Origin: Eledone cirrhosa
Lineage: Eukaryota
Assembly: GCA_964016885.1 (NCBI GenBank)
Contig: OZ024740.1
Span: 245,768,001 to 245,832,000, forward strand
Length of the DNA: 64,000 bases
Direction: 5' to 3'
The notes under the pieces are model-generated. The model saw only the letters and a list, made by a program, of their open reading frames with translations. It did not search any database and had not been told where the DNA came from. Numbering within the stretch: position 1 is the first letter of the stretch; every line of letters starts with the position of its first letter. The translations under genes were made by a program, and so were the position numbers. This document shows, piece by piece, positions 47,397-58,850 of this stretch.

Positions 47397-49805
47397 CATC
47401 ATCATCATCATCACCGTTTTACGTCCGTTCTTCCACGCTAGCATGGGTTAGACGGGTTGTCCTGTTGTGGGCAGTGTCTGGTCGGCTGACCATGCCTTGC
47501 TCATACAGGAACTGATCTGGCTTGATTTCTACAGCTGGATGCCCTTCCTAACACCAACCTCATTTACAGTGAGTGCTGGGTGCTTTTTCGTGGCGCCTAC
47601 ACGTCCACTTTACAGTGTGGGCTGGGTGCTTTTTTGCCGTGGCACCTCCACGACCACCTTGCGGTGGGGGGGGGGGCATATTGTTTATATGCTTCAGCAT
47701 GTACCCATGGGAGGTCGGGTACCCTGTATTACTGCGTGACGCCAGAAGTCACGGTCGTGTGTCATTGACTTTGAGAGGTGTAGTTGGGTAAGGTCGGCTT
47801 TTATCACCTCATCCCAAGTCATCTTGGGTCTCCCCACTCCGCGGTTTCCATCAACTTCTAGTGCTCTGCACCTTTTTATGCAGCTGTCATCCTTCATACG
47901 CATCACATGTCCATACCAGCGTAACCGCCTCTCCTGCACGCAGCATTTGATTCCTCTTATGCTCAGTCTCTCTCTCAATTCATTTATGCTTTGTCGTTCA
48001 CGTATATTACTGTTACACATCCATCGGAGCATGCAGGCTTCGTTTCTCTCTAATCTACGTAAGTCTTCCACCTTCAGCGCCCAGGTCTCACTACCATGCA
48101 ACATCGCTGTTCGGATACACGCATCATACAGTCTGCCTTTCATTCTGAGGGAGAAGCCTTTTGCAGCTAGCAGTGGTAGTAGTTCCCTAAACTTCTTCCA
48201 TCCCGTTCTTACCCTAGTTATTGTACTTTCTGAGCACCCACCTCCGTTGCTAATTCGGTCACCTAGGTAGCAGAAGCTGTCTACTGTTTCTACAGGGCCC
48301 TCCCAGAGATTGGTGGTACTTGTTTCCTGTGGCTGTTTGCTTGCTGTTTCAGCACAGCTGCTGCATGTGAATCCTACATTCTTAATTAAGCTTCCTGAGA
48401 TCCCGCTACATCTCTTGTGTACCCATTGTTTGCATTTGGGGCAAAGAATGGAGTTCCTACCTACACCTTTCCTACATACTGAGCAAGGCCATTTCCCTGA
48501 GGGGATCTGGGTTCTGTTTTCTCGTCTACTTATAAGGACCTTAGTCTTTGTCATGTTGACTTTGAGGCCCTTTCTCTCTAGTCCCTGCTTCCAGGTTTGG
48601 AATTTATTCTCTAGTTCTACCATAGATTCAGCTATGAGTGCGAGGTCATCAGCATACAGGAGTTCCCATGGGCATCCGGTCTTAAACTCCTCCGTTATTG
48701 CCTGCAGGACTATGATGAACAGGAGAGGGCTAAGAACAGTGCCCTGGTGGACCCCAACCTGTACGCTAAATTCCTCGCTATACTCATTGCCAATCCTAAC
48801 TTTGCTGACTGCTCCCCTATACATGGCTTGTACCGCTTTCACAAGCCATTCATCTACTCCTAGTTTTCTAAGAGCCCACCAGATTACTGCACGTGGAACT
48901 CTGTCAAAGGCTTTCTCAAGGTCGACAAATGCCAAGTAGAGTGGCTTACTTTTAGCTAGGTACTTTTCCTGTAATTGCCTCACAAGGAAGAGCGCATCAG
49001 TGGTGCCTTTCCCTGGTACAAACCCAAATTGCATCTCGTCTATATTCACCCGGTCCCTAATCAGCTGTGCTATAACTCTTTCTGTTACTTTCATGACCTG
49101 GTCCATCAACTTTATACCTCTATAGTTTCCTCTATCTAGTGCATCGCCTTTACCTTTGTAGCAGTTGATAATGATGCTACTGCACCAATCTTTTGGTATG
49201 GCCCCCTCTAGTATTACCTGGTTAACGATACGTGTGGTTATAGTGTGACCTACAGACCCAGATGCTTTCAGCATCTCGGCAGCTATACCCGATGGACCGG
49301 TTGCCTTCCCTATCTTCATATCTCTGATTGCCTTACTTACTACGCTGCCGCTGACTTGTACTGCTGGTCCCTCTATAGGGTCTACGTGGGGTAGGGTCTC
49401 TTCTTCCCATGCATTCTCCTCATTTAGTAATCTATCATAATGACTCTTCCATGCATCTTTCTTCTCAGCACTTGTGAGGGCAAGCTCACCTTTATCATTC
49501 CGGATACACTTCTCTCCAATGACATCACAACTATCTCTGACACACTGCCTCGCAATCTTGAATACCTCCTGTTTCTGGTCCTCACGTTGTAAAACATGCT
49601 TGAATTTTCTATCCTCTGCTTCCCTCCTAGCTAAGTATACTTGTCGCCTAGCTTCCCTCTTGGTCTCTATGTAATGTACCCTGCTCCCCCCGTTCTTCCA
49701 TTCTTTCCATGCCTGTCTCTTGGCCTTGACTGCTTCATCTACCTTATTGTTCCACCACCAAGTCACTCTCCTCCTGCTTGAGGTCTTACTCCAGCCACAA
49801 ACCTC
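47397..49805 (-). mobile_element. RTE-clade LINE, 5'-truncated, young
   Basis: Uninterrupted 690-codon ORF, 3' UTR at 47413-47693 and a (GAT)n tail at 47397-47412. Confidence 0.93.
47694..49766 (-). CDS. RTE reverse transcriptase ORF (endonuclease lost by 5' truncation) with an internal PHD-like zinc finger
   Basis: GKATGPSG, NYRGIKL, QFGFVPGKGTTDA, FVDLEKAFDRV, GVHQGTVLSP, LLYADDL, C4HC3 finger, FCYLG, HGSETW and RLRWYGHV motifs. No natural start codon. Confidence 0.9.
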   Translation of the reverse strand: MTWWWNNKVDEAVKAKRQAWKEWKNGGSRVHYIETKREARRQVYLARREAEDRKFKHVLQREDQKQEVFKIARQCVRDSCDVIGEKCIRNDKGELALTSAEKKDAWKSHYDRLLNEENAWEEETLPHVDPIEGPAVQVSGSVVSKAIRDMKIGKATGPSGIAAEMLKASGSVGHTITTRIVNQVILEGAIPKDWCSSIIINCYKGKGDALDRGNYRGIKLMDQVMKVTERVIAQLIRDRVNIDEMQFGFVPGKGTTDALFLVRQLQEKYLAKSKPLYLAFVDLEKAFDRVPRAVIWWALRKLGVDEWLVKAVQAMYRGAVSKVRIGNEYSEEFSVQVGVHQGTVLSPLLFIIVLQAITEEFKTGCPWELLYADDLALIAESMVELENKFQTWKQGLERKGLKVNMTKTKVLISRRENRTQIPSGKWPCSVCRKGVGRNSILCPKCKQWVHKRCSGISGSLIKNVGFTCSSCAETASKQPQETSTTNLWEGPVETVDSFCYLGDRISNGGGCSESTITRVRTGWKKFRELLPLLAAKGFSLRMKGRLYDACIRTAMLHGSETWALKVEDLRRLERNEACMLRWMCNSNIRERQSINELRERLSIRGIKCCVQERRLRWYGHVMRMKDDSCIKRCRALEVDGNRGVGRPKMTWDEVIKADLTQLHLSKSMTHDRDFWRHAVIQGTRPPMGTC

Positions 49806-50692
49806 ATATATATTCTGCTCCTAACAGTACATTTTAGTAGAACTGGTTCTTTGTAGACCAAATGCACTGCTATTTCTAGCATTCATGTTGGCCTGTCTGT
49901 ATCCTCATATTATTGCGTTCAAAACCCATTTTGAAGCTATGGTGTTGAGTCGTCTATAATACATTTAGTAACATGAAAATTCTACTGATGATTGAGTGTT
50001 TCATCTTATATATATATATACAAAGTTTAAATAAAGGCAGTTGGGTTTAAGTCCAGGGACCTTATTAACAGCGAGAGAGCTAAGAGAAACACACCTATTC
50101 TCAGTGAGAACGCCGTAAAGAGAGAGAGAGACGAAGGAAACGGAAGTGGTAAGGGAACAGAGAGAGAGAGGGGATGAGTGAGGGGGAAAGAGAAATGGAG
50201 AGAAGGGATGAGTGAGGGGGAAAGAGAAGGATAGAGAAATGGAGAGAAGAGGAGGAGGAGGGAAAAGAGTTAATCCAAAAAGGTGGTAAGACATAAGTCT
50301 GACCAGAAATAACAAAAACAAGCGAGATCGATAGAAAGGATGGAGTGGAGGTCACAGAAATAAATACATAAATATGGGAACACAAACAAGAGATAGACAT
50401 TTTCCCTCCATCAGTTGTCTACTACAGGTCACGAATGTTTCAGTGCATTATAGACAATACATCTGTTTGTAGCGCGCCCATAACTTATTATCAAGAAATT
50501 ATGAGGGAGAGAAAGGACAAAAAAGAGGCGATAGCAAAGAGAGAAAAAGAAAGAAAAAAAAGGAAAAAAAAACATACTGATAAAAGGGGGAAACACAGGA
50601 CAATGGCACATGTAAGTAAGTAACCCAGGGAAGAGAGAGGACGAAGTTAAAAAAAGGCAGTTGGGTTTAAGCCCAGAGATGTGTATATATAT

Positions 50693-50936
50693 GTGTCACG
50701 ACAAAAAAACACACAGTCTATGCTGTAATGTGGCCGTGTAGGTAACACGGTAAAAAGTTCCCAGTCCACACTGTAAATGTGGTTGGTGTTAGGAAGGACA
50801 TCCAGCCGTAGAAAACCTGCCAGATAGTTTTATATGAGTGAGACATGGTCACCCAACCAACCCTGCCTCAAATTGGGACAACTCCCGTCTAACCCATGCT
50901 AGCATGGAAGATGGACGTTAAACGATGATGATGATG
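50693..50936 (+). mobile_element. RTE 3' UTR fragment with a (GAT)n tail
   Basis: Near-identical to 58551-58790 and 63965-64000; flanked by (TA)n. Confidence 0.88.
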
Positions 50937-51429
50937 TATATATATATATATATTACTAAAAGTCTATAATTGCTTGCTTGCTTGTCTGTAATGTAATGCA
51001 GCCAAAAGGGCGCATCATGGGAAAAATACTTTGAAAGGAAGTTGACCCTGAATACGAATACAAATGGAATAAAACAAGTTTCGCGTAAATCAGACCACGG
51101 GTTCCCAACATATGGGGTTTTCCTGGGTACCTTCATAAACAAAGAGAGAGGAAGAGATAGTGATTATGAGAGAGTAGATTGAAAGAGAGACATAGAGAGA
51201 GGGAGAGGAGAAGGAGAATGGAAGAGAGCTGGTGGTGGTGGTGGTGTGTGTATATATATGTGGGTTTGCACGTATGTAGGGTGTGTGTACATGTGTACTT
51301 TGTGTTTTGGTTGACATACATTTAGCGAATATATATGTATTTACATGTGGGTCTGAGTGTGTGTGCGTGCGTTATATACGTTTTTCATCATCATCGTTTA
51401 ACGTCCATCTTCCACGCTAGCATGGGTCT

Positions 51430-52389
51430 GGTACTTATAGCAAAATCAGTAGAGTAGCTAGAGAATAAATCCTGGCTATGGAAACACCAGCTGGAATCAA
51501 GAGGACTGAAAGTGAACCTAGCTAAGACAAAAGTCTTGATAAGTAGGAAAGAGGAAAAGACTCTGATTCCATCAGGAAAATGGCCATGTTCGATATGTAG
51601 AAAAGGAGTTGGCATACATTCTATAGAATGTACACAATGCAGATCTTGGGTACACAAGAGATGTAGTGGGATAGCAAGCAAATTAACAGATAGGGAAAAC
51701 TACATATACAGTAGATGTTCAAGGAAATTTGATATTAGAAGTGGCAGTAATAGACACATTTTTCAAATGCAGATAGGATCTATAGAGGTGGTTGATAGCT
51801 TCCGATACCTAGGTGATCAAATTAGCAAGTGGGGAGGGTGCTCCAAGGCTATAGTTTTTATAATAAGGACGGGTTGGAAGAAGTTTAGGGAGCTACTTCT
51901 TCAAATGACAAATAAGGGTTTCTCCCTATGAACGAAAGCCCGGTTATATGATGCCTGTGTGAGATACGTGATACTGCATGGTAGTGAGACATGGGCAGCA
52001 ACTGCAGAGGATATGCAACAGCTGGAGAGAAATGAAGCAAGCATGCTCCAATGGATGTGCAATGTCAATGTGTGTGAACAACCATGCATAGACGAGTTGA
52101 GAGAGAAATTGTGTATAAGAGGGATAAACTGTAGTGTACGGGAGAAAAGACTGCGTTGGTATGGAGGATGACTGCTGGGTAAAGAAGTGCCAATAGATCC
52201 CAGTGGAAGGAAGACGCAGTAGAGGAAGACCATGAAGATCATGGGCGGAGGTGGTGAGAGCAGACCTCAGATCGCTCAAGCTCATAGAGGAGATGACAAA
52301 GGACCGTGCCAAGTGGAGAGATGCTGTGCTGTATAGGATCTGTCCTACCCTTGCAAGCAAGGAAAAGCGGAAGTAAAATGATGATGATG
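51430..52389 (+). mobile_element. RTE LINE 3' fragment (older subfamily) with a PHD-like finger
   Basis: GKWPCSICRKGVG...CTQC...WVHKRC, FRYLG, HGSETW and RLRWYG motifs; (GAT)n tail. Joined at its 5' end to an inverted RTE tail (51386-51428). Confidence 0.88.
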
Positions 52390-52959
52390 AAATATATATA
52401 TTGAGAGAGAGAGATTTGGCTGTTGAGATGCGACAAATAAAACAATAGATTAATTGACAATATAATCTTTATTATTATCAGCTTTATGTTGGTATAGCAA
52501 GAGGTGGGAACACTGAGCATTTCTCTCTTCATTGTAACATCTCAGGGCAAAACCTAGAACACACATATATCCTAATTCCTTAGTCATATACATTCTGAAA
52601 TCCCATCATTTTTGCACATATTCAAATAAACAGATTGTTCCAACAGTATGACTGATGGAACTTGCATTATAATTTATAGTAGTTTGAATTTTGGAAGGAT
52701 TATGGTCTGTAATATCATGTTCTATGTCATTATATGCTTAACTGGACTATCTAGCTTGTTGACAAGAGGCAAACTGCTTTGACACAAGGACATGGATTAG
52801 TAGTTGACAGATAGTAAGTACTGTTTGGTTCAAAACAAATACAGGTATGCTGCTGCACAAGAACAACAAACTGAGTAACAATGGCAAATGAGACAAAATG
52901 CTGATCAAGCAGGCTGTTCTACAAGCTATGTCATGCTTTTTCCTATGACCCTCAAAAGT

Positions 52960-53230
52960 TCTATAGCAGCAACCCACAAATGACCATTAGAAAAATGAAC
53001 AAATGCTGTCATCATTGTGGTGCGAAAAAGTGTGTAGCAGAAAACACCAGATTTAAGCTGCTCATGAGGCAAAATCTTCCTCTCACAAGAGCTGCATGAA
53101 TTTTTGAAGAATCTGTTCCTTTAGAATACACCAGAGGCATAGCACTTCAATAATTACATTAAAAAATATAATTCTGTCTTTTAAATTATCTTTCGGAGTT
53201 GAGAGAAACGTGTCAAAATGTATTGTTACT
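52960..53230 (+). mobile_element. Helitron RepHel N-terminal fragment (degenerate)
   Basis: Frameshifted translation CHHCGAKK...TPDLSC..GKI...HF-NYIKKYNS-F...SFG resembles the zinc-finger and 'IR-YN--F-FTS-G' motifs of Helitron Rep. Confidence 0.55.
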
Positions 53231-53300
53231 TTCATAAAATACCTGGTCATTGCTGGGTAACTCTGCTAATACACACACAAGCCATGATGATATATATATA

Positions 53301-53485
53301 TCATCATCATATTCACCATTTAATGTCCATTTTGCATGCTCATATGGGTTAGATGTGTCACCCACATCATGAGATAAGTCTGGCTAGTTGGCCGCGCCAC
53401 ACCTTGCTCAGATGGAACTGTAAATTTGGCTGGGATTTTTACAGCTGGATGCCCTTCCTAACACCAACTATGTTTACAGTGTGGA
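53301..53485 (-). mobile_element. Degenerate RTE-type 3' end
   Basis: (CAT)n...CATATGGGTTAGA...TTTACAGCTGGATGCCCTTCCTAACACCAAC matches 47397-47570. Confidence 0.75.
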
Positions 53486-53929
53486 ACTGGATGGCACCGT
53501 TATGGGGAGAGACAGGCCAGTTGGCTGCATCGTACTCTGCTCACATCAGAACCATAGTTTGGGAGCCGGGTGGTCCCACTATGAGGAATGTCTGACCAGT
53601 TGGCCACACCAAGCCTTATACTTAGTGGAGCCATGTTACTGGGTGATCCTGTTATGAGCCAAATCTGGCCAGATGGCTATGCCGTACCTTGCACAATATC
53701 GGGACTGTTGCTGTGTTTTGGTATCTGGCTGGTCCTATTATGAGGAAGGTCGATCCAGTTGGCTGCATCAAGCCTTACTCATAGCGGAGCTCTGTGTGAC
53801 AATCAACAAATAAACAACCATCCAGCTATTAAACTAACCATCTGGGAGTTCATAATAAATTGAAGTGAAAACCAACAGATACATGTGTCTTTATTGGCAG
53901 CATGACCCTCCCAAAGTATAACTATATAT

Positions 53930-54260
53930 GTGTGTATGCGTTCCTTGTGATAGATACCATCATAGGATATATTCTCATCTACCCCTAGGTATCTGTAGCA
54001 GTTCTCATCAGATATTAGTGAAACAGTTAGGCTATTGATAAAAATGTTGCTAGATTGGCTTATAGTTTTTCCCCACTTTATAATCATAAATGAACATTTA
54101 TGCTGGCCAAACCCCATTTCTATATCTTTTGAGAATGTCGTGATCATGTCAAGATTTTCTTCATCCCATTTATGTTCTCGGTATAGAGTTTCAGGTCATC
54201 CACAAAGAAGTTATTGGTTAGGTTTGTATTCCTGCCTCCCTGTAAGCCAATTATGGATCC
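53930..54260 (-). mobile_element. R4/Dong-like non-LTR RT fragment
   Basis: Minus strand FFVDDLKLY...FSKDIEMGFGQHKC...YRYLGV matches R4/Dong-type motifs (MDDLKLY; FSxDIxMxFGxxKC). Confidence 0.65.
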
Positions 54261-54289
54261 TTCACATTGCTTGATCAGTAGAGGTATTT

Positions 54290-55465
54290 AAGCAGTGTTT
54301 TTCTGAAGCCAGTTATGAGAGTATATTCCACTTTTCTGAGTTATTCAGCTGACAAAATGTTCCATACATGGTTTGCAAGCTGAGTCGTATGTTTTTGTCA
54401 AGATGTCTTAAGGTTGTTTTGGCATTCAGGTACCAGCTTTTGAACTGGCTCTCAGATATTCCGACATAAGTCCAGGCTTCAGTTTGGTGGAGGTCACTTC
54501 TGCTTGATATATCACTGCTGGAGTGTTGCACTGTTGATTCAGTGGACATGCTTTTGCATTTGCTGGTGATGTGGGATTTTATATTACTGGTACAAGAATA
54601 GCTTACTTTCACTGTATGGTGATTGAATATTTATGCCCTACAGGGAAGTAAAGATCTAGGAAGGCTAGGAATTTTCTACCTACATTGGTCTTCACATTGA
54701 GTGTGAATGGTGGTGCAAACCACACAACGACTTTATGTCTAGGTTTTTTCTTGCTAGATGTAGGATGGTGATCTGGAGATTAAATGATTGTTTCGGAGAA
54801 GCTCCTGTTGCTTAGGGCTGAGTTGTAATAGGGTGCTGACCTGTCAAAGATGGCTTTGCTAGAGAGAGGTTGAATACTGATATTATTAATGAGATTTCTA
54901 AAAACTATAGGGATGTGGCTAGAGTCCTTATGAATGTACCTAAGTTTATCACTGGGTTTGTGGAATGGTCTGTATTTGTATGTACATAGGCCTAGGAAGT
55001 TAACACTGGTGAGGTTGGTACATATAGTAATTTTTAAGCTTAGGCTGCTGAAGGTAGTAATCAGGTTTTTTCTAAAAGTGTCATGGCCACTTTTATGGCT
55101 TGATAGTGTCAGATCTTCATCACGATATAGGCCCGTATGAAAGTCAGAGAATTTCTTATGCAGTGTGTCTAAGATAAAAAAGCCCACAAAACACATATGT
55201 CAGCACTGTCAAATTATCCCATTGGCACATCATATTGGTCATTGTTAGTGGATTTCTCTAACCAGGGGCCCTCATTATTAAAGAGGAGGGTTTTCCTGCA
55301 GTGGGATATTACTAATCCGTATATATTGGTAAAATTGCTAGCAAATCCAAGGCCTTATCAAGTAAGGTCTTGGATAGCGAAGGGTAAAAGTCAACTATAT
55401 CAAATTGAGTGAACCTAGCCTTCTAAGAGTGTTTGAGGCATATCAAGGTTCAAACCCGTTACTAA
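54290..55465 (-). mobile_element. Penelope-like element (RT plus GIY-YIG endonuclease), degenerate
   Basis: GLYRDED RT motif, VNFL, YRPFHKP...YIHKDSSH, VWFAPPF..NVKTNVGRKFL, TVKVSYSC, and GIY-YIG YVGISESQFK. Confidence 0.8.
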
Positions 55466-55470
55466 GTTAA

Positions 55471-55655
55471 CCCTTTAGTGTTCAAAACCTACCTCTTTCT
55501 GTTGAAACTGGCTGTAACTGGTCGCTCAAACTGATGTTAAGGTATTGTTTTCAAAATAAATACTTTCAAAATCTCATAGATTCGATATTATGTGAGGTAA
55601 AGCCTTTACCATTAAACTATAATAGTATATATAAAATAATGTGAATGCTAAAGGG
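55471..55655. mobile_element. piggyBac-type MITE
   Basis: TIRs CCCTTTAGTGTTCA and TGAATGCTAAAGGG with TTAA on both sides (55467-55470, 55656-55659). Confidence 0.85.
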
Positions 55656-56494
55656 TTAATTAAGCAAGGTAAATATTAGGGTAAAGAGGGAGAGATAAAC
55701 TATAGGGAATCTAAGGGATTTAGTCATCAACAAAATTTAAGATGCGGGTTCTGCTTTCAGCTAATACCTAGTATAATAAAAGGAGTGTGAGTTTCTATGT
55801 GGGCAAGTTGAGACTAGATGCAGGTTAAATTTGTAGTTTAATTATTTACCTATAATAACTGCCTTCAGTTCCGATAGTTTAAATTAATAACAATTATAAC
55901 ATTGTGGTCTCATATGTATATTTTTATACAGACTTTCGCTGAACATTCTTATAAATCTAGCTAAGTAAAAAAAAAATGTTGTTTAATTATCTATCTTTCT
56001 AAATTTATTTATTGATATCTTAATGTTTTCTATTATAATATAAATAAAATTAATACCAGTGTTTTACAGTTAGAGATTTTTTGTGTACTGTTGTAAATCT
56101 TATAAAGAAGAATTAATTTTAAAATTTTGAAATTATCAATCCTCTTTTCTATTTTTTATTTTTTGTATATTTTTATATGCCTAAATCATAATTGACTAAA
56201 TACCGTCCTTTTCTTGTCAATATGCAAACTAAAAATCTAATGTAATTTTAATCATATGTCTGTTAATGTATGGATGCACAGAAGTACTAAATTTTCATAT
56301 ACTGTCTTTCACACTGCTTCTGCTTTGCTGTTGCTTTTGAATGTACTTGTAATTTGTGTTAGGATATAATGTTGGGCTGTAATATAAGAAGGTTTTATAC
56401 AGTTTATGCTTTCAAGCCGATATTGTTTCAGAATATTAAGATTTGTTCATTGGTGTAAAGTATTTCCAAGGCTTCAGTGGTGCAAAGATCACAC

Positions 56495-56568
<74 letters not shown>

Positions 56569-56569
56569 G

Positions 56570-56690
56570 TTTTGCAATCGAAAGGTTGTGAGTTCAATTC
56601 TCAGACCGGGTGATGTGCTGTTTCCTTGAGCAAGACACTTTATTTCACATTGCTCCAGTTTACTCAGCTGTAGAAATGAGATGATAGGAC
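56570..56690 (+). mobile_element. tRNA-derived SINE fragment
   Basis: B box GAGTTCAATTC, then TCCTTGAGCAAGACACTTTATTTCACATTGCTCCAG. Confidence 0.7.
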
Positions 56691-56704
56691 TGGGGTCCTT
56701 ATCA

Positions 56705-56915
56705 TTCCACTACAAAGTGGTCGTGGAGGTGCCACGGCAAAAAAGCAGCCAGCCCACACTGTAAAGTGGCCGTGTAGGCGCCACGGATAAAAAGCACCCA
56801 GCACTCACTGTAAATGAGGTTGGTGTTATGAAGGGCATCCAGCTGTAGAAATCAAGCCAGAATCAGTTCCCGTCCCACCCTTGCAAGCAGGGAAAGCGGA
56901 CGTAAAATGATGATG
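56705..56915 (+). mobile_element. RTE 3' UTR fragment with a (GAT)n tail
   Basis: Inverted match to 47505-47660; the terminal part matches 52345-52389. Confidence 0.85.
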
Positions 56916-57322
56916 ATATATATATATATAAAATTGAAAAAGTGAAGAACAACATGGTCAACAGTACAAAAAAGGGTTTTATTTAGTCTGACAATTGTTT
57001 CACTGATTAAGTTGTCTAAAAATTGCTGAACACTTGAAGTAGTGCCACTCAATTTCAAATACTTTGTTAGCTTAACCAGAGCATCGGAGATAACTGCTAT
57101 ATGTCCGGTAATTTTACGAATTCAAATTACAGCATCATTAATAATATTAATAATAAAGATAGAGAGAGAAAAAAAGCTCGTAGAGCTGAGGACCCGCTAA
57201 GGTGAAACAATTGTTCTCTGTATGGTGAACTATCTTGTGTAACCACTTGTATATGTATATATATATATGTATATGTAACCACTTGTGTATATATATATAT
57301 ATATGTATATATATGTATATAT

Positions 57323-58790
57323 AGTGAAGAATTTAGTGTAAAAGTTGGTGTTCATCAAGGCTCTGTCCTTAGCCCTCGCCTATTTATTATTGCCCTTCAG
57401 GCTATAACAGTGGAGTTTAAGACCAGCTGCCCATGGGAACTTCTATACGCAGATGATCTAACTCTCATAGCTGAATCTATGGCTGAACTAGCGAAGAAAT
57501 TCCAAACATGGAAGCATTACCTAGAATCAAAAGGCCTTAAAGTTAACTTCTCTAAGACTAAAGTTCTAGTATGTAGAAAGGAAAATGGGGCACAGGTGCC
57601 CTCTGGGAAATGGCCATGCTCAGTGTGTAGGAAAGGAGTTGGTAGAAATTCCATTTTATGTCCCAAATGCAAACAATGGGTACATAAAGGATGTAGTGGG
57701 ATCAGAGGTAAGCTATCTAAGAACGTAGATTTTATATGTGGCCGATGCTCAGGTGCAATAAGTAGCAAGTGCCCACAGGATACTAGCCCCTTTTATTGCC
57801 CAGATGGTTCTATAGAGATAGTGGACACTTTCCGTTACCTGGGTGACAAAATCAGTGGTGGAGGGTGCTCTGAAAGTACAATAGCCAGAGTCAGAACGGG
57901 ATGGAAAAAGTTCAGAGAGCTTATACCGCTGTTGGCCATAAAAGGTTTCTCTCTAAAAATGAAAGGCAGATTGTATGATGCTTGTATACGAACAGCAATG
58001 CTACATGGCAGTGAGACATGGGATTGTGTACAGAGGACCTGTGCAGACTGGAAAGGAACGAAGCATGCAATACTCCGTTGGATGTGTAATAGTAATATAC
58101 GCGAACGACAAAACATAAATGAACTAAGTGAGACATTAGGAATAAGAGGGATTAGATGCTGTTTACTTGAGAGAAGACTACGTTGCTATGGTCACGTGAT
58201 GTGCATGAAAGACGACAGCTGTATAAAAAAGTGCAGGGCGATCAAAATTGATGGAAGTTACGGAGTAGGTAGACCCAGAAAAACTTAGGATGATTTGATA
58301 AATTCCGACCTTACAGACTTGCACCTCTCTAAGACAATGTCACTGGACCGAGATCTTTGGCGCCACGCAGTAATACAAAAGACACGCCTTGCCTATGTAC
58401 AAAGCAAAACCTACAGTCAGTAGGCACTTCTTAACCAAATATACACCCAACCCACTACCCCTACTCCCACCAACACCACCTTTCTCTGTAAAGTTGGTAC
58501 CACAACATCCAGTCCAAATTAATGAGATAATGAGTTTGAGATCGTGTTGGTGTCACAACAAAAAAAACACAGTCCACGCTGTAATGTGGCCGTGTAGGTA
58601 ACACGGTAAAAAGTTCCCAGTCCACACTGTAAATATGGTTGGTGTTAGAAAGGGCATCCAACCGTAGAAAACCTGCCAGATAGTCCTATATGAGCGAGAC
58701 ACGGTCACCCGACCAACCTTGCCTCAAATTAAGATAACTCCCGTCTAACCCATGCTAGCATGGAAGATAGACGTTAAACGATGATGATGA
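57323..58790 (+). mobile_element. RTE LINE, 5'-truncated
   Basis: GVHQGSVLSP, LLYADDL, PHD-like finger and HGSETW (ORF 57410-58288); 3' UTR and (GAT)n tail; (TA)n on both sides. Confidence 0.92.
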
Positions 58791-58799
58791 TATATATAT

Positions 58800-58831
<32 letters not shown>

Positions 58832-58850
58832 GTCTATGTATATATATATA

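Noticed and set aside
50033-50680. ~27-bp direct repeat AAAGGCAGTTGGGTTTAAG(T)CC flanking a GA-rich tract
   Set aside because: Too short for LTRs, with no coding, PBS or PPT evidence. It could be a long TSD or local duplication and remains unclassified.
53500-53795. Imperfect ~165-bp-spaced direct repeats (ATGAGGAA..CCAGTTGGC..CAAGCCTTA)
   Set aside because: Only 2-3 decayed units between TE fragments, and no function or family can be supported.
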